From the NCBI GenBank assembly GCA_963788655.1, contig CAWBHS010000088.1:255580-319579 (forward strand): DNA of 64,000 bases. The letters are read 5' to 3'. The notes beneath the pieces are model-generated. The model made no database searches. It saw only the letters and a list, made by a program, of their open reading frames with translations, and had not been told where the DNA came from. The first letter of the stretch is position 1, and each line of letters starts with the position of its first letter. This document shows positions 20,266 through 31,487 of the stretch, in pieces. Made by a program: the position numbers and the translations under genes. Origin of the DNA: an uncultured Verrucomicrobiae bacterium. Its GTDB lineage: Bacteria > Verrucomicrobiota > Verrucomicrobiia > Limisphaerales > JAFGQR01.

Positions 20266-20991
20266 CTACTCGCTGACGCGGATCGGTAGCGTCTTGAGGC
20301 GCCGGATGGCGGCGTAGATCGCGCCCGCCGTCGTCAGGGTGAGGAGGATGAGCGCGGCCGTCATGCCCAGGTCGCTCGTGACGTTCCAATCGGGATACGC
20401 CTCGAGCATCTTCTCCGCGGGGGCGAGCGCCCACTGGCGGATGCTGATGTCCTTGACTCCGGGGATGTATCCGGCGAGCACACCCTCCCAGAGCAGGGCG
20501 TAGATGAGGCCGACGATGACGGGGTTCTTGGTGAGGATCGACATCGCGAAGAACACGGCGGTGTAGGCGATGGCGGCGAGCGCGGTCGCGACCGCGAGTG
20601 CGCGGGCGAGCTCGAAGCCCTGGTCTCCCGCGATCTCCGCGCCTGCCACCACGGCGACGACGCTGAAGACGACGGCGGTGACGAGGGCCACGACGAGCTT
20701 CGACAGCGCAATGGTGCGGCGGGGTAGCGGCTTCGCGAGGAGGTAGACGATGGAGCCGTCCTCGATCTCCGGGGCGATCACGCCTGTGCCGACCAGCAGG
20801 CACATCACGGGGATGAGCGTGCCGAGGCCGAAGTTCTGGATGGTTGCGGCGGACGTGCTGACGTCGGCGCCGGAACCCCAGCGCACCAGGCCGGCAACGG
20901 CGAGGAGTAGCGCCGCGATCCCGATAAGCAGGAACGAGCGCTTGCGTCCGAGGATCGCGCGGAACGCGAGGCGCATCACGACGAGGTTCAT
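20266..20991 (-). CDS. ABC-2 type permease
   Basis: Multi-TM, EIEDGSIVYLLAKP. Confidence 0.85.
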   Translation of the reverse strand: MNLVVMRLAFRAILGRKRSFLLIGIAALLLAVAGLVRWGSGADVSTSAATIQNFGLGTLIPVMCLLVGTGVIAPEIEDGSIVYLLAKPLPRRTIALSKLVVALVTAVVFSVVAVVAGAEIAGDQGFELARALAVATALAAIAYTAVFFAMSILTKNPVIVGLIYALLWEGVLAGYIPGVKDISIRQWALAPAEKMLEAYPDWNVTSDLGMTAALILLTLTTAGAIYAAIRRLKTLPIRVSE

Positions 20992-21013
20992 CGGTTGTCC
21001 ATTTCCGCCGCGG

Positions 21014-21925
21014 TCACCGCGACACCAGGTAGGCGAAGACGCTTTCGAGCGACTCATCCGCGGGGGTTACCTCGTGCAACGGGATTGCCGCCGCCTGGGC
21101 GAGACGCGGGAGTGCGTGGACGAAGCGTCCGAAGTCGGACGCCTGGACGTGCAGGCCGTCCTTAGTAAGGCTGACGGCGTCGGCCGAGCCGTCCGCGATG
21201 ATCGCCGCGGCGAGCGCGCGGTTGTCCCCGGAGACGATCGCGTACTGGTGAGGGCGCTCCGTCATGAGGCGGCGGATGCTGCGGAAGTCGCCGGAGGCGG
21301 CTTGGCGGCCAGCGACGACCACCTGAATGGTCCCCGCGATGTCCTCCACCTCCTCGAGGATGTGGCTGCTGAACAGCACCGTGCGTCCGTTGGAGCCCAG
21401 TCGCTGCAGGAGGTCGAGAAGGTGCATGCGCTGGCGCGGGTCCATGCCGTTGAAGGGCTCGTCGAGTAGGAGCACCTCGGGGTCGTGTACCAGGGCCGTT
21501 GCCATCTTGATCCGCTGCTTCATGCCCTTGGAGTACTTGCCAACCTCGCGGTCGCGCGCGTCCATCATGTCGACGGACTCGATGGCGGCGCGCGCCGCTC
21601 CAGCGGGGTCGGGCAGCCGGTGTAGCTGCGCGTTCGCGAGAACGAAGTCCCACCCGGTCATGGTGTCGAACATCGCCTCGGCCTCGGGGACGAGACCGAT
21701 GCGGCGGTACATCTCCGGGTGGCGCCAGATCGGCGCGCCGTCGAGCGTCACCGTCCCGGACGACGGCGGGAGGAAGCCGCTCATCATCGACAGGAGCGTG
21801 GTCTTTCCTGCGCCGTTGGGTCCGAGCAGGCCGGTGACGCCGGGGCCGATCGCCATGGTGACGTCGTTGACGGCGACGACGTTGCCGAACCAGCGGGATA
21901 CGCCGGTGAGTTCCAGGGTGCTCAC
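21014..21925 (-). CDS. ABC transporter ATP-binding protein
   Basis: GPNGAGKTT, YSKGMKQR, LLDEP, SSHIL. Confidence 0.92.
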   Translation of the reverse strand: MSTLELTGVSRWFGNVVAVNDVTMAIGPGVTGLLGPNGAGKTTLLSMMSGFLPPSSGTVTLDGAPIWRHPEMYRRIGLVPEAEAMFDTMTGWDFVLANAQLHRLPDPAGAARAAIESVDMMDARDREVGKYSKGMKQRIKMATALVHDPEVLLLDEPFNGMDPRQRMHLLDLLQRLGSNGRTVLFSSHILEEVEDIAGTIQVVVAGRQAASGDFRSIRRLMTERPHQYAIVSGDNRALAAAIIADGSADAVSLTKDGLHVQASDFGRFVHALPRLAQAAAIPLHEVTPADESLESVFAYLVSR

Positions 21926-22830
21926 GCGCTACCTTCCTTCCTGAGGCGCCGCATGAGTATGCCGAGCGCGGCGGCGACGATGGCGACGAGGGCGAGCGTG
22001 AAGATCGTGCCGCCGCCGAGGCCCTCGGGTCGTACGTCTTGAAGGAAGGACGTGACGCCAAGCCACGAGGCGCCGAGACCATCGATCAGCAGGAACGGGT
22101 TGAGGATCGCGAAGTAGGCGCCCCCCGCAGCATGGCCTTGAATCGACATGACATTGATGAGGATGCTCGTGAACCCGAACGCTAGGACCAAACTTGCCAT
22201 GATCGCGGCGACGCCGAAGCCCCTGCGCCGGGTGTACGCCGCGAACGCCATCGAGATCGCCGTGAGCACGATGGACAGCAGCGCGGCCATCAGCAAGGCG
22301 CCGAGCCACGTCCAGATCTCGTGCCACGGGGGCATCTTCGCAAGCAGCGATCCCGCCAGCATGAGGACGAGGGGACCGGCGATGAAGAGGAAGACCGCCG
22401 AGGTAAGCCCGAGGAACTTGGCGAGCGCGTAGTCGCTTCGGACGATCGGCCGCGAGAGGTACAGGGGCATCACCCCGTCGCGCATGTCGCGGGAGATCGC
22501 GTAGGGAGCCCTGCCCGCGACGAAGAGCGCGACGAGCAACCACTCCGAGATGGCGAGCTGCGTGTACGGCAGGAGGGGCTCGGGGGCCTTCGTGACGATG
22601 GTGATCGCCACGAGGATGAGGGCGACGAGCGCCATGATCCCGGTCAGGATCCATGGCATCGCCTTGACCTTCGGGGGCCGCCCAAGGCCGTACGCGCCGC
22701 GCAGGGTCTCGATCATGAGGGAGCGGAACGCCCACCCGCGTCCGAGCCGCGGACCGTCGTAGTGGCGGAAGCCGATGTCGTGGATGACGCTGCCTTCGGC
22801 GTTCACGCTCGGCGTCGTGTCGTTAGACAT
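21922..22830 (-). CDS. ABC transporter permease
   Basis: IHDIGFRHYDGPRLG, SRDMRDGVMPLYLSRP, multi-TM. Confidence 0.85.
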   Translation of the reverse strand: MSNDTTPSVNAEGSVIHDIGFRHYDGPRLGRGWAFRSLMIETLRGAYGLGRPPKVKAMPWILTGIMALVALILVAITIVTKAPEPLLPYTQLAISEWLLVALFVAGRAPYAISRDMRDGVMPLYLSRPIVRSDYALAKFLGLTSAVFLFIAGPLVLMLAGSLLAKMPPWHEIWTWLGALLMAALLSIVLTAISMAFAAYTRRRGFGVAAIMASLVLAFGFTSILINVMSIQGHAAGGAYFAILNPFLLIDGLGASWLGVTSFLQDVRPEGLGGGTIFTLALVAIVAAALGILMRRLRKEGSA

Positions 22831-23758
22831 GGGCAGCCTCCTCTCCGGTCGGGGCGGTCTCGGATGCGAATATCTCCGAAAGATGGTGGCGTCGAGGCTG
22901 GAGTCGAACGAGCCCAACCCCCATCTCTGCGACGGTCGCGACGATCAACGACGGAACGGCCTCGTCCGTCATCTCGATCGCGAAGGTGCCGGGGCGAGGG
23001 CTCTGCGCGACTTGTGCCCCCCGCTTGGACAGGAGGGCGATGACCTCGGGCGCGCGGTCCGTCACCTCCACGAGGACAGAGCCGCTCAGTTGCGTCGCGT
23101 CGGCCGTGGCCGTGGAGCGGCTGAGTACCCCCGCCTCGATGACGACCAGGTGGTCGGCGATGCGTTCGAGCTCGCCGAGCAGGTGGGAGGTGACCACCAC
23201 GGAGATTCCGAAGTCGCGGCTCACTCGGGCGATGAGGCCGAGCATCTCGTCGCGACCGGCGGGGTCGAGGCCGTTGGTGGGTTCGTCGAGGAACACGAGC
23301 TTGGGATCGTGGACGAGGGCCTGCGCGAGCTTGACGCGCTGCTTCATGCCCGTGGAGTACCCGCCGATGGGCCGGTAGCGCTCCTCGTAGAGGCCGACGT
23401 GGCGAAGAGTATCGGCGGCGCGCTCGCGGGCGACGTGGGAGGGGAGTCCGGACATGCGCGCCATGTGAACGAGGAATTCCGTCGCGGAGACATCGAGCGG
23501 CAGGCATTCGCTTTCGGGCATGTACCCGACGGTCTCGCGAATCTTCAGGCCGTCCGTGAGGCAGTCAAGTCCGAGGATGCTTGCCGTTCCGGAGGTGGGG
23601 CGTAAGAGCCCGAGGAGGATCTTGATGAGCGTCGATTTGCCCGCGCCGTTCGCGCCGACGAGACCGACGACCCCCGTAGGAAGGTCGACGGTGAGGTCGG
23701 AGAGTGCGACGACGGGGCCGAACGTACGGGTGAGGGAATGGGTGCTGATGATGGCCAC
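22823..23758 (-). CDS. ABC transporter ATP-binding protein
   Basis: GANGAGKST, YSTGMKQR, FLDEPT, TSHLL. Confidence 0.92.
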   Translation of the reverse strand: MAIISTHSLTRTFGPVVALSDLTVDLPTGVVGLVGANGAGKSTLIKILLGLLRPTSGTASILGLDCLTDGLKIRETVGYMPESECLPLDVSATEFLVHMARMSGLPSHVARERAADTLRHVGLYEERYRPIGGYSTGMKQRVKLAQALVHDPKLVFLDEPTNGLDPAGRDEMLGLIARVSRDFGISVVVTSHLLGELERIADHLVVIEAGVLSRSTATADATQLSGSVLVEVTDRAPEVIALLSKRGAQVAQSPRPGTFAIEMTDEAVPSLIVATVAEMGVGLVRLQPRRHHLSEIFASETAPTGEEAAHV

Positions 23759-23813
23759 GTGATCACCGTAGGCGAATCGCCACAGTCCTGCCATAGGGGA
23801 CTACCCCGATATT

Positions 23814-23887
23814 TGGAGCGGGCGACGGGAATCGAACCCGCACCATCAGTTTGGAAGACTGAGGCTCTACCATTGAGCTACGCCCGC
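23814..23887 (-). tRNA. tRNA-Gly (TCC)
   Basis: GCGGGCG acceptor, TCAGT-CTTCCAA-ACTGA anticodon arm, GGTTCGATTCC, encoded CCA. Confidence 0.97.
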
Positions 23888-23960
23888 GAAGCGCACGGCC
23901 CATTGTAGGGGCTTAAGCGGTCGCGTCGCCCGTACTACAGTGGCGATGCCTGAAAGGCGC

Positions 23961-24034
23961 CGGGGTGTAGCGCAGCTTGGTAGCGCATCCGCTTTGGGAG
24001 CGGAAGGCCGCAGGTTCGAATCCTGTCACCCCGA
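23961..24034 (+). tRNA. tRNA-Pro (TGG)
   Basis: CGGGGTG acceptor, TCCGC-TTTGGGA-GCGGA anticodon arm, GGTTCGAATCC. Confidence 0.97.
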
Positions 24035-24105
24035 CCGAGAGAGGGAGCCCGCGCGCTCGCGCGCGAGGCGACCGAACGAGGGAGGGGTTGGAGCCGCCGT
24101 AGGCG

Positions 24106-24194
24106 GCGAACACCCCGACGGAGCGATCACCCCGACGAGCAGTCGGTAGCGGAGCGAACACCCCGAGGAGACCTCGCTGAGGGCGAACACGCGA
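24106..24194 (+). repeat. Four short repeats GCGA(A/T)CACCCCGA echoing the tRNA-Pro 3' end
   Basis: Copies at 24106, 24123, 24154 and 24183 (degenerate); tRNA ends TCACCCCGA. Confidence 0.55.
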
Positions 24195-24207
24195 CCCGCC
24201 CCTCTGG

Positions 24208-24223
24208 ATACCCCAAGGGGTAT
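24208..24223 (+). promoter_or_regulatory. CsoR/CstR-type operator 2
   Basis: ATACCCCAAGGGGTAT palindrome overlapping TATAGT -10, upstream of DUF2892 gene. Confidence 0.75.
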
Positions 24224-24247
24224 AGTGGCGAGCGAAAGGAGACACCC

Positions 24248-24466
24248 ATGTCTTTCGTACGCTTCATGAGCTCCACCGCAGGGCGCGTAGCCCGCGCCGC
24301 AATCGGCGTCGTCCTGATCGTCCTCGGCATCGTCCTCGGAGGTGGCTGGCTCTGGCTGCTCGCCCCTGGCGCGTTCTTCGTCGCCGTCGGCGCCTTCGAC
24401 GTCTGCGTCTTCGCGCCGCTGTTCAAGATGCCGCTGTCCGGCAAGAAGGTCCGCGCGAGCGTCTAG
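24248..24466 (+). CDS. DUF2892 / YgaP-like small membrane protein
   Basis: FMSSTAGRVARAAIG, two TM, GAFDVCVFAPLF; GAAAGGAG RBS. Confidence 0.8.
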   Translation: MSFVRFMSSTAGRVARAAIGVVLIVLGIVLGGGWLWLLAPGAFFVAVGAFDVCVFAPLFKMPLSGKKVRASV

Positions 24467-25680
24467 GCCTTCGAGCGGCTTTGGGCCGCTCTAGTACCGT
24501 GTGTCCGCAGGGCGGCACCCCAACTGATACGACCGCCGCCCTGCAGATACGCGTTCGCGTAGATGCGACTCGCGACGCGCATGATCCACCAGATCGCTGC
24601 CAACGTGAGCGCGACGGAGACGGCTATCTCCCAGAACGGAACATCCTCGACCGCGATGCGTACGGGCATGACGACGGGCGTGAAGGCCGGGAACATCGAC
24701 AGCCACCGCACCCAGGCGTTGCCCGGATCCCCGATCGCGATCTCGACGATGATGAACGCCGCGACCAGCGGCGGGATGAGCGGCGCCATCGCGAACTGGA
24801 GATCCTCCTGGCGCGACACGAGCGCCCCCGCAGCTGCGAACCCGAGCGAGTACAGCCCGTACCCGAGCACGAACCAAATCAGGCTCGCGGGCATCAGACT
24901 CCACGCCCGTTGCGAGATAGGGCTCGACCCCACGACTTCGTTTGCGGCGAGTCCCGCGGCGATAACGATGGTGAGCTGCGTGAGACCGACGATGCCGATG
25001 CCGACGATCTTGCCCGCGAGCAGGTCGCGCGACCGGACAGCGGACAGCAGCACTTCCGCCGTGCGGGACGACTTCTCCTGAGCGACGCCGGTCGCGATCG
25101 CGGACCCGTACGTGAGGAGCACCATGTAGAGCAGGGCTCCCGTCACGATCGCCGCGATCGCCTTGCTCTCGTCCACGGCGGGCGGCGGAGCGATGGCGTC
25201 TACCGTCAGCGGGACGGGCGTGAGCGCGTCGGTGACCGTCGATAGGGGGATCCCGGCCGCGTCGAGGGAGTCCTTGAGATGCGCCTGGTTGAGCGTCGTC
25301 TCGATCGCGCTCTGGACGTCGCTGGCGAGATCCTTTTGAACGATGACGGTGGCGGAGGTGCCGTCAAAGGAGACGGCCGCGTCGATCGTTCCGGCCTCGA
25401 CCGCACGGCGGGCGGCGGCGTCATCCGCGATCGTCGTAGTGGAGATATCCACCTTGACCGCGGTGCCCGCGGTGGCGAAGTTCGGCGCGAGAGAGTTCGC
25501 CTCCGTTCCCACGAGTCCGAGGGTCGCGGTGTGAGGGCCGGACGACATCGACGCCGGGATGACGGTGAGCGCGACGACCGCCGTCACCATGATCGCCGTC
25601 ACGACCCACATGGCGCGGCCGTGGAATCGCTCTTCGATCTCGCGGCGAGCAACGAGCCACAGGGGGCGGAGCGCGTTCAT
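24463..25680 (-). CDS. ABC-2 family permease (NatB-like)
   Basis: LVARREI, GVAQEKSSRTAEVLLS, GALVSRQED. Confidence 0.88.
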   Translation of the reverse strand: MNALRPLWLVARREIEERFHGRAMWVVTAIMVTAVVALTVIPASMSSGPHTATLGLVGTEANSLAPNFATAGTAVKVDISTTTIADDAAARRAVEAGTIDAAVSFDGTSATVIVQKDLASDVQSAIETTLNQAHLKDSLDAAGIPLSTVTDALTPVPLTVDAIAPPPAVDESKAIAAIVTGALLYMVLLTYGSAIATGVAQEKSSRTAEVLLSAVRSRDLLAGKIVGIGIVGLTQLTIVIAAGLAANEVVGSSPISQRAWSLMPASLIWFVLGYGLYSLGFAAAGALVSRQEDLQFAMAPLIPPLVAAFIIVEIAIGDPGNAWVRWLSMFPAFTPVVMPVRIAVEDVPFWEIAVSVALTLAAIWWIMRVASRIYANAYLQGGGRISWGAALRTHGTRAAQSRSKA

Positions 25681-26594
25681 GCGTTCACCATCTCCAAGTA
25701 CATCTCGGACAGACTCTCGTCCTCGAAGCCAAAGTGCTGGAGCGCTCCGGCCTTCATCGCGACGTCTAGCACGGATTGCGGAACCGTGCCTTCGTCGAGG
25801 ACGAAGACGACGCCGTCGTCGTCCCGCGAGACGACGCTCGCGCCGCGCACCGTGGTTTCCCAGCCCGGCTTCGCATCGACCTCGACGCGCAGCCGGCGCG
25901 GGAAGCCTTCCCGTAGTTCGTCGAGGGTCCCTGCCGCGAGGACGTGTCCGGCGTCGACGATGACGACGCGGTGACACATGCGCTCGACCAGGTCGAGTTG
26001 GTGGCTGGAGAACAACACGGCCGTGCCAGCCTCGGCGCGCGCGGCGAGGGTGCGTCCCAGTTCGTCGACGCCGGCGGGATCGAGGCCAGAGAACGGCTCG
26101 TCGAGGACCAGCAGGTCTGGATCGTGCACGAGAGTCACCGCGAGTTGAGCGCGCTGCTGATTACCGTGGGACAGTGCGGTGACCTTGTCGCCCTCGCGGT
26201 CGGACAGGCCGAGGCGGGATAGCCACTCCCGCGCCTTGGTGCGGGCGTCCGAACGGGACATCCCGCGTAGCGTTCCGAAGTAGGCGACCTGCTCGAGAAG
26301 GTGCATTTGCGGGTAGAGGCCGCGCTCCTCCGGCATGTAGCCGAATCGGTCCCGATCGGCCGACTTCAGCGGCTCGCCGTCCCAGGTCAGCGTCCCCGCG
26401 TCAGGGGTCAGGATGCCCATGACCGCGCGCATCGTGGTCGTCTTGCCGGCGCCGTTGCGCCCCACCAGGCCGACGATCTCGCCGCGCCCCACCGTCAAGT
26501 CGAGCCCGTCAACCGCCAGCGTCGTTCCGAAGCGCCGCGTGAAACCCGTGACCTCGAGTCCCTGGCCCGTGCCGCGCGTCGAGGTCCGTGCCAT
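25677..26594 (-). CDS. ABC transporter ATP-binding protein (NatA/YhaQ-like)
   Basis: GRNGAGKTT, GYMPEERGLYP, LSHGNQQR, LDEPFSGLDP. Confidence 0.92.
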   Translation of the reverse strand: MARTSTRGTGQGLEVTGFTRRFGTTLAVDGLDLTVGRGEIVGLVGRNGAGKTTTMRAVMGILTPDAGTLTWDGEPLKSADRDRFGYMPEERGLYPQMHLLEQVAYFGTLRGMSRSDARTKAREWLSRLGLSDREGDKVTALSHGNQQRAQLAVTLVHDPDLLVLDEPFSGLDPAGVDELGRTLAARAEAGTAVLFSSHQLDLVERMCHRVVIVDAGHVLAAGTLDELREGFPRRLRVEVDAKPGWETTVRGASVVSRDDDGVVFVLDEGTVPQSVLDVAMKAGALQHFGFEDESLSEMYLEMVNA

Positions 26595-26738
26595 CGCTCG
26601 CCCTCCCGTGTCGCGCCCGCCGGTGCGGCGGTATTCGGTCCTACGGTAACCCCAAGCCGGGGGTGAGGCCGAGCGCGCGTACCCGGTAGACTCGCGGGGT
26701 CCCGCGCTCAGCCGCACGCCAGTCCACAGGAGTCCGCA

Positions 26739-28064
26739 GTGACCAGCACCGTTGAAAACATCGATCCCACCACGGTGAAGATCGTGATCGCAGTTTCGGA
26801 CGAGGAGTTCGCGCCGATGCTCGCGCACGCCTACGAGCACTTGGGTGAGGGCGTGACGATCCCGGGCTTCCGCAAGGGCAAGGTCCCTGCCAAGATCCTG
26901 GAGCAGCGCATCGGCAAGGGCGCGGCGATTGAGCACGCCATCAACGACGGCCTGCCCGAGTGGTACACGGCCGCGATCGAGGAACACTCGCTGCATCCGA
27001 TGGGCCAGCCCGACATCGAACTGACGCGCGCGCCCGGCGAGGGTGAGGACGGTCTCGAGTTCGCCGCGACCGTCGCCGTGCGCCCCGAATTCACTCTTCC
27101 CGACCCCGCGACGCTCACGCTGAAGATCGGTGCACTCGAGGTCAGCGAGGCGGACATCGACGCCCGCCTCGACAACCTGCGCGCGCGCTTCGGCACGCTC
27201 GTTGGCGTGGATCGCCCCGCCGCCACCGGCGACTTCGTGACGCTCGATCTCACAGCGACGATCGGCGACACCGAGGTCGACGCCGTCCAGGGCACGTCCT
27301 ACGAGGTGGGCTCGGGCTCCATGCTCGAGGGGCTCGACGCCGTCGTCGACGGACTCAGCGCGGGCGAGGAGACGTCGTATGAAGGCCCGCTCGCCGCGGG
27401 CGACCACGCGGGCGAGACCGCGCTGATCCGCGTCAAGGTGACGGCGGTCAAGGAGCGCGAGCTTCCGGAGGCCGACGACGAGTTTGCCCAGCTGGCTTCC
27501 GAGTTCGACACGTTGGCCGAGCTGCGCGAGGACCTGCGCTCGCAGGCCGCGCGGATCCAGCTGAACAACCTCGCGGTGGGCGCGCGCGCGGCGCTGCTGA
27601 AGAAGCTGGAGGAGGCGACGGACTTCGAGCTTCCCGGCGGAATCGTCGAGCGCGAGGTGCACGATCACCTGGAGAACGAGGGCCGCCTCGAAGACGACGA
27701 GCACCGCGCTGAGGTCACCAAGGAGGCGACCGAGGCGCTGCGCTCGCAGATCCTCCTCGACCAGCTCGCCGAAGACCTGGAGATCGTGGCCGCCGAATAC
27801 GAGGTCATCGACTACCTGGTGTCCATGTCGCGCCAGTACGGCATGGACCCCGAGGCGTTCATCGACCAGATGCAACGCGCGAACCGCATCCCCGGCGCCG
27901 TCGCCGACGTCGTCCGGTCGAAGGCTTCCGCCATCGCCCTACGCAAGGCGACCGTCACGGATGACAAGGGCACGGTCATTGACCTCACGCCCGTGATCGG
28001 TGACGACGAGACCGACGCTGCGCGCGAGGCGGAGCACGCGAAGGCGCGCGAGGGTCGATCCTAG
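26739..28064 (+). CDS. tig: Trigger factor
   Basis: IPGFRKGKVP ribosome-binding motif, FKBP domain, upstream of clpP-clpP-clpX. Confidence 0.96.
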   Translation: MTSTVENIDPTTVKIVIAVSDEEFAPMLAHAYEHLGEGVTIPGFRKGKVPAKILEQRIGKGAAIEHAINDGLPEWYTAAIEEHSLHPMGQPDIELTRAPGEGEDGLEFAATVAVRPEFTLPDPATLTLKIGALEVSEADIDARLDNLRARFGTLVGVDRPAATGDFVTLDLTATIGDTEVDAVQGTSYEVGSGSMLEGLDAVVDGLSAGEETSYEGPLAAGDHAGETALIRVKVTAVKERELPEADDEFAQLASEFDTLAELREDLRSQAARIQLNNLAVGARAALLKKLEEATDFELPGGIVEREVHDHLENEGRLEDDEHRAEVTKEATEALRSQILLDQLAEDLEIVAAEYEVIDYLVSMSRQYGMDPEAFIDQMQRANRIPGAVADVVRSKASAIALRKATVTDDKGTVIDLTPVIGDDETDAAREAEHAKAREGRS

Positions 28065-28074
28065 GAACGCCGCC

Positions 28075-28491
28075 CTACGGCGTCGACGAGTAGTACGGCC
28101 CCGAGCCCCAGGTCGACATCGCCCAGACGATGAAGGCTATGTAGGCAATGACTCCGAGGATCATCAACGCACCGATAACGTAGTTGAGGATGAGCCCCGC
28201 GAGCCCGACGCCTCGGTAGTCCGCCTCGCCCCGGTCGGCGGCCCGAATGCCCATATGCCCGAAGACGATTCCCGCGATGTTCGCCACCACGGGCATGAAG
28301 AGGCTGACGCCGACGGCGACGAGCGACACAACGTTCATCCACGACTTCGTCTTGGCGGCCGTGCCGTACCCGTAGGGAGGGGGCGGCGGGGCCATCGGGA
28401 CGGGTGGAGGGGGCGGCGGCTGTATCGGAGAGTGGTGCCCACCGAATCGCTTCGTGGAGATGAACGGATCCGGGGGCTCAGGCGTGCTCAT
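28075..28491 (-). CDS. DUF4190 membrane protein with Pro-rich N-terminus
   Basis: Poly-Pro; GIVFGHMG..GRG-like..LAGLILNY. Confidence 0.75.
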   Translation of the reverse strand: MSTPEPPDPFISTKRFGGHHSPIQPPPPPPVPMAPPPPPYGYGTAAKTKSWMNVVSLVAVGVSLFMPVVANIAGIVFGHMGIRAADRGEADYRGVGLAGLILNYVIGALMILGVIAYIAFIVWAMSTWGSGPYYSSTP

Positions 28492-28679
28492 AGAGGTTTC
28501 CTTCCTGCGCCGACTCTAGCGTCGGCCGGCGGGGAGGCGCGCGGCGAAAAACGACGCCGTTCCCCCGTAGCGAAAAGCCGTGGATTCGGGCATGGCGACC
28601 GGGCGGTGGGCGTTAGTGTCGAGACATACTCGCTCAGCGTCGGCACGGCGCGGAGACGGACGCAGGTAGGAGGGACGCA

Positions 28680-29303
28680 GTGAACGAGCCGCATATGGCC
28701 GGACCCGACGGAATCGGGATGGGTCTTCAGGACTCAATCTTCAACCGTTTGCTTCGCGAGCGGATCATCTGGCTGGGCTCCGAGGTGCGCGACGACAACG
28801 CGAACGCCATCTGCGCCCAGATGATGCTCCTGGCCGCAGAGGACCCCGACAAGGACATCTACCTGTACATCAACTCGCCCGGTGGCTCCATCACCGCTGG
28901 CATGGCGATCTACGACACGATGCAGTACATCAAGCCGGACGTCTCGACGGTCGCCGTCGGCATGGCCGCGTCGATGGGACAGTTCCTGCTTTCGTCCGGC
29001 GCCAAGGGCAAGCGGTTCGCGACGCCCCACGCCCGCGTCATGATGCACCAGCCCTCCGGCGGCATCGGCGGGACGACGACGGACGTCCGCATCCACGCGG
29101 AGCTCATCTTGCACATGAAGACCCAACTCGCCGAACTCACGGCCGAGCAGACCGGAAAGTCGATCGAGCAGATCAACAAGGACGCCGACCGCGACCGCTG
29201 GTTCACGTCGGACGAGGCCCTGAAGTACGGGTTCATCGACAAGGTTGTGACACACGAGAGCGAAGCCGGCCCTCGCGCCGACGCGTCGGGAGGCAAGTCG
29301 TGA
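28680..29303 (+). CDS. clpP1: Clp protease proteolytic subunit 1
   Basis: [27 protein letters not shown]. Confidence 0.97.
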   Translation: MNEPHMAGPDGIGMGLQDSIFNRLLRERIIWLGSEVRDDNANAICAQMMLLAAEDPDKDIYLYINSPGGSITAGMAIYDTMQYIKPDVSTVAVGMAASMGQFLLSSGAKGKRFATPHARVMMHQPSGGIGGTTTDVRIHAELILHMKTQLAELTAEQTGKSIEQINKDADRDRWFTSDEALKYGFIDKVVTHESEAGPRADASGGKS

Positions 29304-29935
29304 CCCACGAGATCACCGGTCGGTACATCCTGCCGTCGTTCGAGGAGCGGACGGCGTACGGCTACAAGACCCAGAACCCCTACTCGAAGCTCTTCGAGGA
29401 CCGCATCATCTTCCTGGGTGTTCAGATCGACGACGCCTCCGCTGACGACATCATGGCCCAGCTGCTCGTGCTCGAGTCTCAGGACCCGGACCGCGACATC
29501 ACGCTGTACATCAACTCGCCCGGTGGCTCGCAGACCGCGCTCACCGCGATCTACGACACCATGCAGTACATCAAGCCTGAGATCCAGACGGTGTGCCTTG
29601 GACAGGCCGCGTCCGCCGCGGCCGTCCTGCTCGCCGCCGGGACGCCGGGCAAGCGCCTCGCCCTCCCGAACGCGCGGGTGATGATTCACCAGCCGCGCAT
29701 CGAGGGCGGCGAGCGGGCGCAGGCCTCGGACATCGAGATCTACGCCGAGGAGATGGTGCGGATGCGCGAGTGGCTCGAGGAGACGCTCGCTCACCACACC
29801 GGCCAGAAGGCGGAGAAGATCCGCGAGGACATCGAGCGCGACACGTTCCTGAGCGCCAAGCAGGCCAAGGAGTACGGCTTCGTCGACCAGGTGCTCGATA
29901 GCCGCAAGGGCTCCGAACCCGTCGTCACCCCGTAG
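29300..29935 (+). CDS. clpP2: Clp protease proteolytic subunit 2
   Basis: [32 protein letters not shown]. Confidence 0.96.
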   Translation: MTHEITGRYILPSFEERTAYGYKTQNPYSKLFEDRIIFLGVQIDDASADDIMAQLLVLESQDPDRDITLYINSPGGSQTALTAIYDTMQYIKPEIQTVCLGQAASAAAVLLAAGTPGKRLALPNARVMIHQPRIEGGERAQASDIEIYAEEMVRMREWLEETLAHHTGQKAEKIREDIERDTFLSAKQAKEYGFVDQVLDSRKGSEPVVTP

Positions 29936-30075
29936 CCGACCCCGCCGTCGGCCGCTACGTCGCGGCGGCGCGTCGCTCGTCAAGCCCCTATGGGCGTAGG
30001 TAGCCTGAAGGGGCGTGCTGGTGCACGTCTCTGGGTGCGTGCGCGCGCCTGAACCGCGAGCGGAAGGAGGGTGCC

Positions 30076-31392
<1,317 letters not shown>

Positions 31393-31410
31393 GAGGATCG
31401 AGCTGGGAAT

Positions 31411-31430
31411 ACATACCCTAGGGGGTATGT
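31411..31430 (+). promoter_or_regulatory. CsoR/CstR-type operator 3
   Basis: ACATACCCTAGGGGGTATGT palindrome overlapping TATGTT -10, upstream of sqr. Confidence 0.78.
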
Positions 31431-31487
31431 TCATTCCGGGGGAACCGCGCCGATGCGGCACCCTTTGAGCGAGAGAAGGTGATCTCC

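Noticed and set aside
26648..26665. ACCCCAAGCCGGGGGT (and GGGGACTACCCC near 23796) as extra CsoR operators
   Set aside because: Wrong spacing or arm order, and the ATAC/GTAT ends are missing.
23814..26738. Prophage or ICE at the tRNA pair
   Set aside because: No integrase, phage or conjugation genes, and no long att duplication.
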